The notes: generated by a model from the letters alone, not told the origin. A stretch of 64,000 nt of DNA from Candidatus Omnitrophota bacterium (GCA_018883425.1 VFQY01000001.1:432-64431), one strand, 5' to 3'; positions 38,188 through 47,165 are shown, numbered from the stretch's first letter. Made by a program: numbers and translations.

Positions 38188-39003
38188 TCAGAGCTGCGTT
38201 CCAAAAGCTGGGGAACGTTTCGATTGAGTTCTTTTTTCGAGAAGGTCCTGAATCTCAAGGTCGGAGTGACCGCTTTCGCGTTTCAATTCGACAAGAAGAC
38301 CCCGCCGCTGTTCTTCATCCAGAGTCTCTGAGATTCGATCCAGAGCGGCCTCCGTCAGCTTTGAATCGCGGACATAGTCCACCGACCACCGTCCGCGGTG
38401 AAGGACAAGATGGGCCTCTCCCGGAGTTAATCCGTCCGGGCGCAGGATTTTGATTTCGAACCTCGCCCTTCTTGCGGTTTTCTCGATTTCATTCATGCCC
38501 GAGGGCTTCCCAGGAAGAACCGCTTTGACCGTGGGGCTGCCGATCAGCGGCTGGCGCCGGGTCTGGGCATAAACTTGGGGAGACGCGTAATGCCTTTTTC
38601 GCTCGGGACTGAGCAGATCAAACTGCTTGTCAAATTGTGAAAGGCTCTCCAGACGCAGATAATCCTCCAAAATTTTGACGGGAGTTTTCTCTGCCACGGG
38701 CGGCTTCACGAAGTGAAAAACGATCGGGATACCGCACAGGGCGATCACAGCGGCAGCCAAGGGCATCCCGTAACTCAAAAACTCCTGTAACTTGGCAGAT
38801 CTCTTAGCGCTTGAGCGCCTTGCCTCGAGAGGGGGGCCCGCAGTTCGCGAGGAAGCCTCTGCATCTTCCTCAATCTCCAAGACTTCGAGCCGGCGGCGTT
38901 CGAGTTCAGCACGGGCGGCCTCTTCTGTGTCAGCTTTGAGGCTTCCCGCACACGTGAAGCCCCGAATGTCCCTTGCCTGATATTTAAAATATCGCATACT
39001 CAT
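38188..39003 (-). CDS. Hypothetical: PilC/GspF-like N-terminal domain, one TM helix, NTF2-like periplasmic domain
   Basis: MRYFKYQARDIRG....GSLKADTEEAARAELERRRLEVLEI; TM MPLAAAVIALCGIPIVF; TPVKILEDYL...FDKQFDLLS. Confidence 0.6.
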   Translation of the reverse strand: MSMRYFKYQARDIRGFTCAGSLKADTEEAARAELERRRLEVLEIEEDAEASSRTAGPPLEARRSSAKRSAKLQEFLSYGMPLAAAVIALCGIPIVFHFVKPPVAEKTPVKILEDYLRLESLSQFDKQFDLLSPERKRHYASPQVYAQTRRQPLIGSPTVKAVLPGKPSGMNEIEKTARRARFEIKILRPDGLTPGEAHLVLHRGRWSVDYVRDSKLTEAALDRISETLDEEQRRGLLVELKRESGHSDLEIQDLLEKRTQSKRSPAFGTQL

Positions 39004-39009
39004 TCCCCC

Positions 39010-39894
39010 TTAAACTCCCAAGAGAGCGGCTCCTAGAACTCCGGCCGAATCTCCAAGCCGGTTTTTGACGATAGGCGTACCGCTCTCGCCGCCGAAAATC
39101 CGGCACCGCGTCTGACGCAGTCCTTGCGTGTAAAGTTCCCGGACGTTGGAAACTCCTCCCCCTAAAACCACGATATCGGGATCAAGAATGTGGATCAGGT
39201 TCGCCATCGCCCGGCCGAAGTCTTTAAAAAAAATCTTCATGATGCTTTTGGCTCGAGGTTCCCCTCTCCGGAACCCCTCGACGATCCCGGTCAGCTGCAG
39301 GCTGTGCCCGTAAAGCCTGCGGTATTTTTTTTCCAGCCCTCCGCCGCTGATGAGAGTTTCCACACATCCTCGTGAACCGCAATAACAGCGGGGGCCGTAA
39401 GGATCGATGGCCATGTGTCCCCACTCACCGGCGAGCCCCTGCCGACCCCGCAGCAGCCGTCCGCCTTCCACAATTCCGCCGCCGCACCCAGTCCCAAGAA
39501 TAACACCAAAGACTCTCGCCTGGCCGCGCCCGGCTCCCAATAAAGCTTCGGCGAGGGCAAAACAATTGGCGTCGTTTTCAAGGGTCAACGGCCTTCTGAA
39601 GACGCGCTTTAACTCCGCCAGACTAAGACGGCCGTTCAGGCAAAGGGTATTCGAGTTTTTCAGCTTACCGGTCTTCGACGAAAGTGTGCCCGGCGTTCCG
39701 ATGCCCAGAGTGTGCGGGCGGTTTTGTGCCGCGGTTTTCATGGAATTGTAGAGACGGGCTAGATTGCCGAGGATTGCGCGGTAGCCTTTTTTCTGCTCGG
39801 TCGGAATGCGTTCACGAAAAAGGACCCGCCCGCGCTGATCGAGCACAGCTCCCTCGATTTTAGTCCCTCCCAGGTCAAGCCCGAAACGAAGCAT
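39010..39894 (-). CDS. ROK family sugar kinase (Mak/YajF-like)
   Basis: [39 protein letters not shown]. Confidence 0.9.
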   Translation of the reverse strand: MLRFGLDLGGTKIEGAVLDQRGRVLFRERIPTEQKKGYRAILGNLARLYNSMKTAAQNRPHTLGIGTPGTLSSKTGKLKNSNTLCLNGRLSLAELKRVFRRPLTLENDANCFALAEALLGAGRGQARVFGVILGTGCGGGIVEGGRLLRGRQGLAGEWGHMAIDPYGPRCYCGSRGCVETLISGGGLEKKYRRLYGHSLQLTGIVEGFRRGEPRAKSIMKIFFKDFGRAMANLIHILDPDIVVLGGGVSNVRELYTQGLRQTRCRIFGGESGTPIVKNRLGDSAGVLGAALLGV

Positions 39895-39997
39895 TACCCG
39901 CTTCTCCCAAAATGCTTTTTTACGTTCATTGATACACCCCGGCAGATCCGTTATTATACTCCTGTTAGCGCACAACACCCAAGACTGGAATCAACCG

Positions 39998-40651
39998 ATG
40001 AACGAACGCAAGATTGCTCCTCCCGGGGGCGAAAAAAAAGTACTCCTTCACTCCTGCTGCGCTCCCTGCTCCGGCTCGGTGATCGAAGACATGCACCAAG
40101 CAGGCCTGGAACTCACGGTTTATTTTTACAATCCCAATATTCATCCCCGCGAGGAATACGAGATACGCAAGGAAGAAAATATCCGGTACGCCCAGAAACT
40201 CGGCATACCTTTCATCGACGCGGACTATGACGCCGAGCGCTGGTTCCAAGAAATGAAGGGCCATGAGCTCGACGAAGAGCGCGGTGAGCGCTGCTCCATG
40301 TGTTTTGAAATGCGCTTCGTTAAAACCGCCGAATACGCCTCTAAGAACGGTTTCAAAATTATCACAAGCTGCCTCGGAATTTCGAGGTGGAAAGACTTCG
40401 ATCAGGTCACCCGGGCAGGCGCTGCCGCGGCTGCGCTTTTCCCGGGTATCCATTATTGGGACTATAACTGGCGCAAAGACAACGGCTCCCAGAGAATGAT
40501 CCAGATCGCAAGAAATGAGTCTTTTTATCAGCAGCAATACTGCGGCTGCGCCTATTCGCTCAGGGACACGAATCAATGGCGCTTGTCTCAGGGCCGGGAA
40601 AAAATTGAGTTTGGGAAAGATTACTACGGTCCGAAGTCCGCAAACTCCTGA
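39998..40651 (+). CDS. queH: Epoxyqueuosine reductase QueH
   Basis: [34 protein letters not shown]. Confidence 0.93.
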   Translation: MNERKIAPPGGEKKVLLHSCCAPCSGSVIEDMHQAGLELTVYFYNPNIHPREEYEIRKEENIRYAQKLGIPFIDADYDAERWFQEMKGHELDEERGERCSMCFEMRFVKTAEYASKNGFKIITSCLGISRWKDFDQVTRAGAAAAALFPGIHYWDYNWRKDNGSQRMIQIARNESFYQQQYCGCAYSLRDTNQWRLSQGREKIEFGKDYYGPKSANS

Positions 40652-40668
40652 ACCAAAAGCTTTCGGAC

Positions 40669-40709
40669 AAAAAAAAAGCCCCTCCGGAATACCCGGAAGG
40701 GCTTTTTTT
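40669..40709. terminator. Bidirectional intrinsic terminator
   Basis: AAAAAAAGCCC.TCCGG-aatac-CCGGA.GGGCTTTTTTT between convergent genes. Confidence 0.88.
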
Positions 40710-40717
40710 ATTGGGCG

Positions 40718-41182
40718 TTATGAGGCGTAACCAAGTTCCGCGGCTTGGCGCATACGGTCGCGGAGGTCGCTGCGCTGAGCTTGTTCCCGGTCAAAACGGC
40801 GCTGGCGGGAATACTCGAGAGTACGCTGAGCATCGTCCACCTGCGTCTGCATCATGGGCTCCTGCTGGGGATTTCGGCGCGCGACTTTATAGGCGTCCGA
40901 GGCGCTCCAAACACGGTTGGCAAGCATCGGTCCGAGGCCGATCCACACCAGTCCGCCGCTCACCGTCGTGCCGAGAACAACAGCCGTCGTCACACTGGCA
41001 ACTTCAATCGCACCCATGACTTTCGTCTTGCGGGATCGGATCTCACCATTAAGAGCCTGACCCGTTGTCGGAAGAAGCAGAGAGGCGCCTGCTTCACGAA
41101 GTCCTTGAGCTTGGGCTGTCTGCGGCTGTACGGAAACTGCCATGGTAAGAGCGAGTATCAGTGCTGGAAATTTTATTCTCAT
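40718..41182 (-). CDS. Secreted or membrane hypothetical protein (DUF5683-like SLLLPxxGQ motif)
   Basis: GGAGGA SD, signal peptide ending AQA, hydrophobic hairpin, WSASDAY, charged helical tail. Confidence 0.7.
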   Translation of the reverse strand: MRIKFPALILALTMAVSVQPQTAQAQGLREAGASLLLPTTGQALNGEIRSRKTKVMGAIEVASVTTAVVLGTTVSGGLVWIGLGPMLANRVWSASDAYKVARRNPQQEPMMQTQVDDAQRTLEYSRQRRFDREQAQRSDLRDRMRQAAELGYAS

Positions 41183-41238
41183 AGGGTCCTCCGAATCAAG
41201 GGTGTTCAAAAAAATCAGGTTTGAATGCGTGATTGCGA

Positions 41239-41267
41239 ATGTTAACGGTTTTAGAAATCGATGTCAA
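41239..41267 (-). promoter_or_regulatory. Sigma70-type promoter of the 41182 gene
   Basis: Minus strand TTGACA-N17-TAACAT. Confidence 0.65.
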
Positions 41268-41284
41268 CGGATCGAAAATCTAAC

Positions 41285-42787
41285 TTAGTCTTTTTGACTC
41301 AGAAGTTTCAAAAAGAGACGGACACCGACCCCTGTCGATCCAAAAAGACAATCATGACGCGCTGTTTCGCACCAGGCAGTGCCCGCAATGTCCAGATGAG
41401 CCCAGGGGGTTTTAGCAGGCACGAATTCCTTGAGAAACATACCCGCCGTGATCGTACCGCCGTTGGAACCGCCTATATTTTTTAAATCAGACTGTTTACC
41501 TTGGATGAGCGGCCTGTATTCGTCCCAAAGAGGCAGCTCCCAACAGCGTTCACCGGACTCTTGACCTGCAGCCTTCACTTTTTCTACGAGGTCAGAATCT
41601 GTCCCCATCAGACCAATCGCTTGGTCGGCAAAAGTTGCCGCGCACATCCCGGTGAGCGTCGCAATATCGACAATCATTCCGGGCTTGAAACGCTCCGAGA
41701 AAGCGAGGGCATCTGCGAGAATTAGCCTGCCTTCGGCATCCGTATTCAACACCTCAACCGTCTTGCCGTTGAACATGCGGATGATGTCGCCTGGACGCTG
41801 CGGATTATTTGAGATGTTGTTTTCCACGGCGGGTACGAGTCCGACAATGTGCCGTTTGAGTCCGAGGGATGCCGAAGCCTTGAGAGCGCCGAGAACTGCG
41901 GCTGAACCCGCCATATCGTATTTCATCTTTTCCATACCGCCGGCAGGTTTGAGCGACAAGCCGCCGGTATCAAAAGTGACGCCTTTGCCAATCAGGCAAA
42001 CGGTCCCGCGCGAAGCAAACTTCTTTCCGTACTCCATCAGAATCAAAGCGGGGGGCGTCAAGCTTCCCTGGCTGACCCCGAGAATGCCTCCCATTTTGAG
42101 CTTTTCCATCTCTTTGATTCCAAGAACGCGGCATTGAATACCCTCTGCCTTGCACATCTTGCGGGCGGCAGCGGCCAGGGTCTGCGGATTGACCACATTG
42201 GCCGGTTCGTTGACCAAATCTCTTGCAAAAATGACTCCGTCGGCGGTTTTGCGGGCTTTTTCTGAAATCCTCTTAAGCGGAGCGCAATCACGTTCCCGGG
42301 AAACCATAAACTCGAAGATGATCGGCTGCTGGGGCTCAGCGTCAGCGGATCGCTTATACTTGCGGAAATCATAAGTACCCAAAAGAATCGTCTCTGTAAA
42401 AAGGTCTGCCAACGATTCTTTGGACACTTCCGGGCTGACGAAGGACTCCAGCAGGATTCTGACACGTCCGGCTTTTCTTTCACGCACGGCTTTGACAAGG
42501 TTGCCGGCGGTTTTCCGGGCGCAGAGTTTGAAAAATTTATCCCGCGGGCCAAGCCCTAAAAGCATCGCTTCCGAGGCCTCTCTGAATTTCAGCCCAAAAC
42601 TCGCCAGAGTTTCTCCAAATTTCCCCGAGAAGCGGTGGCGTTTTACTGCTGTTTTGGCGCCCATGGAAAACTCGGGCTCTAAAGCTAACAGCGCCCGGTC
42701 AAGGTCCTGACCGCTGAAACATCCCGTTATGAGCAAATCCGCCTTGGTTCGGCGCTCTGAAGAACCAACAAAGACAATCTTGACCAT
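41285..42787 (-). CDS. pepA: Leucyl aminopeptidase (M17)
   Basis: GKGVTFDTGG, MKYDMAG, NTDAEGRL, ATLTG, HLDIAG. Confidence 0.95.
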   Translation of the reverse strand: MVKIVFVGSSERRTKADLLITGCFSGQDLDRALLALEPEFSMGAKTAVKRHRFSGKFGETLASFGLKFREASEAMLLGLGPRDKFFKLCARKTAGNLVKAVRERKAGRVRILLESFVSPEVSKESLADLFTETILLGTYDFRKYKRSADAEPQQPIIFEFMVSRERDCAPLKRISEKARKTADGVIFARDLVNEPANVVNPQTLAAAARKMCKAEGIQCRVLGIKEMEKLKMGGILGVSQGSLTPPALILMEYGKKFASRGTVCLIGKGVTFDTGGLSLKPAGGMEKMKYDMAGSAAVLGALKASASLGLKRHIVGLVPAVENNISNNPQRPGDIIRMFNGKTVEVLNTDAEGRLILADALAFSERFKPGMIVDIATLTGMCAATFADQAIGLMGTDSDLVEKVKAAGQESGERCWELPLWDEYRPLIQGKQSDLKNIGGSNGGTITAGMFLKEFVPAKTPWAHLDIAGTAWCETARHDCLFGSTGVGVRLFLKLLSQKD

Positions 42788-43061
42788 GGATCTTCTCCCC
42801 TTCAACATCGCGATGATTTCTTTGAATAAGTGCTGCTCTTAATTTTCGGCTTCTGGAAGGAAAACATTACCCCTTAAAAAAAGTCCGGCGGGGACGAGCA
42901 CCTCTCCGGGTATGGGATGAGACTCTTAGGGATCAAGCGCATCTCCCTCGCCCAGCACGGAGCTTACGGAGTCTTCTCAGCAGTTTTTTCCTCTAAAACC
43001 CTCTCGAAAAAAATCTTGTATTTATCCCTTCAAAAACCTAAGCATTTATCGGAATATGACT

Positions 43062-43091
43062 TTGACACTCTCGGGGGAATTGGCATAAGAT
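43062..43091 (+). promoter_or_regulatory. Sigma70-type promoter, probably producing a leaderless mRNA
   Basis: TTGACA-N18-TAAGAT, ending 7 nt before ATG 43099; no SD. Confidence 0.55.
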
Positions 43092-43098
43092 GTCATCC

Positions 43099-43749
43099 AT
43101 GCACACAAACCGACGGCGGCATTTCCTCATCAATAAACCCCTCCAGCTTCGATTCATGCTTTACATCTCACTTCCCCTGTTCACGGCAACCACCGTGATT
43201 CTGCTGGGACTTTACATCGGTATCTGGGGCAGCATTCTGGGGGCCTTCACCCAAGAGGATCTGCGCAACGACCTGCTCACCGCTTCGCGCCTGACGGACT
43301 ACGAAGAAGCCCGGCAAGGATCTGCTTCGTCCGGCTCATCAGAGCTGAGTTTTTTCAAACAAGCCGAAAAACTCAGCGTAAGACAGAGAGAGGTCTTCAA
43401 ACAGATTCTCGACGAGTCCAATAAAGATCTTTTTCCCAAAGCGTTGCTGCTTCTCGTGCTCATCGCCTGGGGTTCGATTTTTATTTCTCACAAAGTGGCT
43501 GGGCCTTTTTACCGCTTCTGCCGTTCCCTGGAGGATGTGCAGAAGGGAGATCTTCGTGCGCGGATGCAATTGAGAAAATTTGACGAGGGCCAGGGTCTGG
43601 CGAAAACCTTCAACGCTTCTGTAGCGACCGTCGACGAGACGCTCTCTAAAGTAAAAACTATCATCCGGCAAAATGAGGCTGACCCGGCCCGAGCCCTGAC
43701 CCTTCTTAAAGCTGAACTTTCGCGGCTCAAAACCAGTGCGGATAACTAG
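43099..43749 (+). CDS. Two-TM HAMP-domain protein without an output domain
   Basis: RRRHFLINKPLQLRF, two TM helices, SHKVAGPFYRF...GDL...LRKFDE...LAKTFN. Confidence 0.75.
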   Translation: MHTNRRRHFLINKPLQLRFMLYISLPLFTATTVILLGLYIGIWGSILGAFTQEDLRNDLLTASRLTDYEEARQGSASSGSSELSFFKQAEKLSVRQREVFKQILDESNKDLFPKALLLLVLIAWGSIFISHKVAGPFYRFCRSLEDVQKGDLRARMQLRKFDEGQGLAKTFNASVATVDETLSKVKTIIRQNEADPARALTLLKAELSRLKTSADN

Positions 43750-45016
43750 GCTTCTCCGCTCAATTTCTTTCAGCGTCCTGTGTTTCTCTCTCCCGGCCTC
43801 TGTGCTCTCAGCCGAAGCTCTGAGCGTCAAAGACCTTGACCTCTTAAAGAAAATCCAACGCGATTCCTTCCAGTACTTCCCTCGCTTATCGGATAAAAAT
43901 ACCGGCTTCACCAGGGATACTTCAAAGCCGGGATCCCCTGCATCGATTGCCGCAACGGGGTTTTCGCTGGCCTCGACTGCCATTGCAGCCTCCCATCAGT
44001 GGATACCCTCAGAATGGGCTGAAGCCGCGCTGCGCAAAACCATGAAAAGCCTGCTGACCAAAGCCCAGCATGAACGCGGTTTTTTTTATCACTTCTTGGA
44101 TGCCCAAAGCGGCCGGAGGGTGTGGGCCTCAGAAGCCTCATCTATCGACACGGCTCTCCTTGTGGCCGGCGCTCTGGTGGCAGCACAATACTATCCGGGA
44201 ACAGAGATCGAACGGATGGCGCATGCTCTTTATGAACGCGTCGACTGGCCGTGGATGCTCAACGGAACCGATTTGATGTCCATGGGATGGACACCGGAAT
44301 CGGGGTTCCTCCCTTACTATTGGGATACGTACAACGAACACCTGATTCTGCAGGCCCTGGCTCTGGGATCACCCTCCAAGCCTGTGACCAAGGATGCATG
44401 GAACGCCTGGGAGCGCCGCGAGGACGAATTTAACGGGCGTAAAATCGTCTATGCGCACTCCGGGAGCCTTTTCACTTACCAATATCCCCACGCCTTCATC
44501 GATTTCAGAGACCTTGACGATGTGGGCATCAACTATTTTGAAAACTCAAAACAGGCCGTACTCGCAAACCGGGAATACACGCTGGGATTCCGGCATCTTT
44601 ACCGGTCTTATTCTGAAAACTCCTGGGGTGTTTCGGCGTCCGCGGGACCGGGCGGCTACAAAGCATACGGCGCTAAACCGGGAGAGGGACTTCATGACGG
44701 TACCATCACGCCCTATGCGGCTCTTGCATCCATTGTTTTCACACCGGAAGAATCCATGGCAGCTGCTCGATTTTTCTTTGAGCAGCATAACAAGAAACTC
44801 TATGGACATTTTGGCTTTAAAGACGCTTTCAACATCGACAAGGACTGGTGGGCCGACGAATACATCGGAATTGACCAAGGAATCATCGTCCTGATGCTGG
44901 AGAATTTCCTCAATCAGGGAGCCGTTTGGCAGAAGTTCATGGCCTTAAATGCCGTCCGGCAATGGATCAGAGTGTGCTCGCTTCAAAAGAAAGAGAAAAT
45001 CACTCCTTCGTCATAA
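43736..45016 (+). CDS. Secreted GH144-like (glucoamylase family) glycoside hydrolase, probable beta-1,2-glucanase
   Basis: Signal peptide; SIAATGF, GFFYHF, EASSIDTALL, YNE, LFTYQY, WGVSAS, GFKDAFN, IGIDQG. Confidence 0.8.
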   Translation: MRITRLLRSISFSVLCFSLPASVLSAEALSVKDLDLLKKIQRDSFQYFPRLSDKNTGFTRDTSKPGSPASIAATGFSLASTAIAASHQWIPSEWAEAALRKTMKSLLTKAQHERGFFYHFLDAQSGRRVWASEASSIDTALLVAGALVAAQYYPGTEIERMAHALYERVDWPWMLNGTDLMSMGWTPESGFLPYYWDTYNEHLILQALALGSPSKPVTKDAWNAWERREDEFNGRKIVYAHSGSLFTYQYPHAFIDFRDLDDVGINYFENSKQAVLANREYTLGFRHLYRSYSENSWGVSASAGPGGYKAYGAKPGEGLHDGTITPYAALASIVFTPEESMAAARFFFEQHNKKLYGHFGFKDAFNIDKDWWADEYIGIDQGIIVLMLENFLNQGAVWQKFMALNAVRQWIRVCSLQKKEKITPSS

Positions 45017-45272
45017 AGCGTATGGCAAGGCGGGCAGCTGTCTCTTCGATCATCTCGCGGGTAAAGTAAGTGCCTTTTTTGAGTTCTTCCTTGATTTCAC
45101 GAACTCTTCCGAAGTTCGGATCCGGTTCCGAGGGAATCAAATCAGCGAACTTCTTGACCTCACCCCACAAAATCTCATCTTCATGATTCTGAACAACAGG
45201 TCCTGTAATCCGGACCCGTTTAAATGATGACGAGGGATTCTGGCCGGGGTGCTCACGTCTAGGTAGATTCAT
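45000..45272 (-). CDS. FlgM-like anti-sigma-28 factor
   Basis: 90 aa; disordered-looking N-terminus, then P.P...RVREIKEELKKGTY......TAARL, the FlgM C-terminal pattern; lies directly downstream of the sigma-28 gene. Confidence 0.7.
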   Translation of the reverse strand: MNLPRREHPGQNPSSSFKRVRITGPVVQNHEDEILWGEVKKFADLIPSEPDPNFGRVREIKEELKKGTYFTREMIEETAARLAIRFMTKE

Positions 45273-45340
45273 ATCGCCCTTTAAATCGAAAAGAATAACG
45301 CTGTTTCGCTGCGGCCAGTTAGAAGCCGCGATCTTTTCGT

Positions 45341-45367
45341 TTATCGGCCCATCCCACCTTGAACTTA
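45341..45367 (-). promoter_or_regulatory. Sigma-28 promoter of the flgM-like gene
   Basis: Minus strand TAAG-N15-GCCGATAA against consensus TAAA-N15-GCCGATAA. Confidence 0.8.
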
Positions 45368-45391
45368 AGGCGCCCTTTGAAAACTGCTGCT

Positions 45392-46171
45392 TCAGGCATC
45401 CAAGGTCAGCTCGCCCACCCTCCTCGTCAGATGAGAGCGAAGCCTGGTAACAACCTTGGTGTGAATCTGACAGACTCTCGATTCGGAAACATCAAGGATC
45501 TCGCCGATTTCACGGAGCGTCAGGTTTTCATAGTAATACAGAACAACGACGAGCTTTTCCTTCTCCGGAAGATCGTCGATCGAGTGCGCCAGAATCTCCT
45601 TCACCTCATTCTGATGCACATAGCTGAACTGATTGGTGATCAGCGAGTCTTCGATGGTCTGAAGTCTTGAAATCGGCTTATTTCCGTCATCATTCTGCCA
45701 GACTTCGTCGAGGGAAAGAAAGGTCGTTGAGTTGAGATCGCTGTAGATGCCGTTCAGTTCATCGGTTGAAATGTTGAGGGCCTCGGCCAATTCATCATCG
45801 CTCACCGATCTGCCGTTTTTTTCTTCCAGTTCTTTGCACTTCTTTTCGATTTCCCGAGCCTTTTTACGGAGCAGGCGCGGAGCCCAGTCCAGTTTACGGA
45901 GCTCGTCCATGATCGACCCCCGGATTCGGGAAACCGCGTAGGTTTCGAACTTGTTGCCCTGAGAAACATCGTATTTCGTAATCGCATCGAAAAGACCCAG
46001 GATTCCGTAACTGACCAGATCGTTGAACTCAACGTTCGGGGGAAGACCAATCGCGACTCGGCCCGCCACATATTTCACCAAATACAGATACTTTTTAACG
46101 ATTTCTTCCCGCAACGCCTGGCTTTTCGTCCTCTTGAACTTTTTCCACATCCTGACTTCTTCTTCGCGCAT
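45392..46171 (-). CDS. FliA/WhiG family RNA polymerase sigma factor (sigma-28)
   Basis: LVKYVAGRVAIGLPPNVE, KFETYAVSRIRGSIMDELRKLDW, LYYYENLTLREIGEILDVSESRVCQIH. Confidence 0.93.
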   Translation of the reverse strand: MREEEVRMWKKFKRTKSQALREEIVKKYLYLVKYVAGRVAIGLPPNVEFNDLVSYGILGLFDAITKYDVSQGNKFETYAVSRIRGSIMDELRKLDWAPRLLRKKAREIEKKCKELEEKNGRSVSDDELAEALNISTDELNGIYSDLNSTTFLSLDEVWQNDDGNKPISRLQTIEDSLITNQFSYVHQNEVKEILAHSIDDLPEKEKLVVVLYYYENLTLREIGEILDVSESRVCQIHTKVVTRLRSHLTRRVGELTLDA

Positions 46172-46203
46172 AGGGGACTCCTCCGGTTATAAAGAACGAT
46201 GAA

Positions 46204-46446
46204 TTACTTTTTTTCTTTCTGCTGCTCTAAAATTTTTTTTATCTGAAGCAAGGTATAGTTTTTGGTCTGAAGAATCTTGATTTGCTCGAGACGGTCAAAA
46301 ACGCCCTCGTCGTAAAGGCGATGCCCCGAGGCTGTTCTCCGCGCCTCCTGAATGAGACCCGTGAGGGTGTAGTTGTGAAGCGTCTGGCGGGAAAGCCCCG
46401 TGTACTGCATCACTTCGCCGATCTTGAAGAGTTTTTCTCTTTTCAC
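46204..46446 (-). CDS. Short MerR-family transcriptional regulator without an effector domain
   Basis: FKIGEVMQYTGLSRQTLHNY...GLI...RTASGHRLY; GTG start overlaps the upstream stop (GTGA). Confidence 0.88.
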   Translation of the reverse strand: MKREKLFKIGEVMQYTGLSRQTLHNYTLTGLIQEARRTASGHRLYDEGVFDRLEQIKILQTKNYTLLQIKKILEQQKEKK

Positions 46447-47102
46447 GAGTTCAGCGCCTCTCTTTGTTTGATCTGTTCGTACTGTCTCGTAGCATCCTTG
46501 TCGCCCGGAGCGAGGAGCAGGATTTTTTCGACTGTCAGCTTTGCCGCGCCCCACTGCCCTGAATCCATCAGCTGTCCGGCTTTTTTCCGGTAACGCACGA
46601 TTCTTTCTCTGGCCTCATCGCGGTACATGCCCTTGAGAAAAACCTCATTCTGTTTGCCTTCCGCAAAGACTTGTTTGCGGATCTCATCCACTAACTCGGA
46701 GGCTTGCCGGTTCTCCGCGTCATAGGCAAAAACTTTTTCGGCAGTCACCATGGCCTCTTCGTACTGCTTTGCCCGGAACATTTCCCGGGAGCGTTCCAAC
46801 AGCGTTTTGATTTCTTCCTCGGATTCCGCCTGCGATTTTTCGAAGGGCCTCTCTTCGAAAGCTTCTTTCTGTTGAGCGATTTCCCGTTCAAGAATCGACG
46901 CCATGAGCTTCGACGCTTCTTCTTCCTGGGGAGATTGACGAAGGACTTGTTCGGTCAGCTTGCGGGCCTTGAAGTACTCGCCCTGGCGCATCGCGTCCTG
47001 TGCCTGCTGCCTGAGCTCAACAGGATCAGCAGCCCTCTGCCTGGAAACCGTCTGGCATCCGACCATCATGAACACAACTCCAAGGCTTATCGTTTTTTTC
47101 AT
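46443..47102 (-). CDS. TPR-like repeat lipoprotein
   Basis: Lipobox MVGC; three TPR-like units (A....EQVLRQSP, A....EKVFAYDAEN, A....EKILLLAPGD). Confidence 0.78.
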   Translation of the reverse strand: MKKTISLGVVFMMVGCQTVSRQRAADPVELRQQAQDAMRQGEYFKARKLTEQVLRQSPQEEEASKLMASILEREIAQQKEAFEERPFEKSQAESEEEIKTLLERSREMFRAKQYEEAMVTAEKVFAYDAENRQASELVDEIRKQVFAEGKQNEVFLKGMYRDEARERIVRYRKKAGQLMDSGQWGAAKLTVEKILLLAPGDKDATRQYEQIKQREALNS

Positions 47103-47165
47103 TTTATAATTTGTAGTTTACATTTTATAAATTACAATCTATAAAAAGTAATCGTACATGGTCAA
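47100..47165 (-). promoter_or_regulatory. Promoter and operator of the TPR-merR-sigma28 operon
   Basis: Minus strand TTGACC-N18-TAGATT; dyad TTGTAgTTTA-N7-TAAAtTACAA at 47111-47137; CATTTTATAA direct repeat at 47100 and 47121. Confidence 0.55.

Noticed and set aside
39965-40576. 203-aa minus-strand ORF
   Set aside because: Antisense to a clear queH gene.
42940-43005. TPP-riboswitch-like fragments (GCTGAGA...GCGAGGGA) on the minus strand upstream of pepA
   Set aside because: The conserved GAACCTGATC and TAATGCC core is missing, and the downstream gene is unrelated to thiamine.
43046-43072. TCCGATAA as a sigma-28 -10 toward pepA
   Set aside because: Mismatch in the -10 and no TAAA-like -35 at 15 nt.
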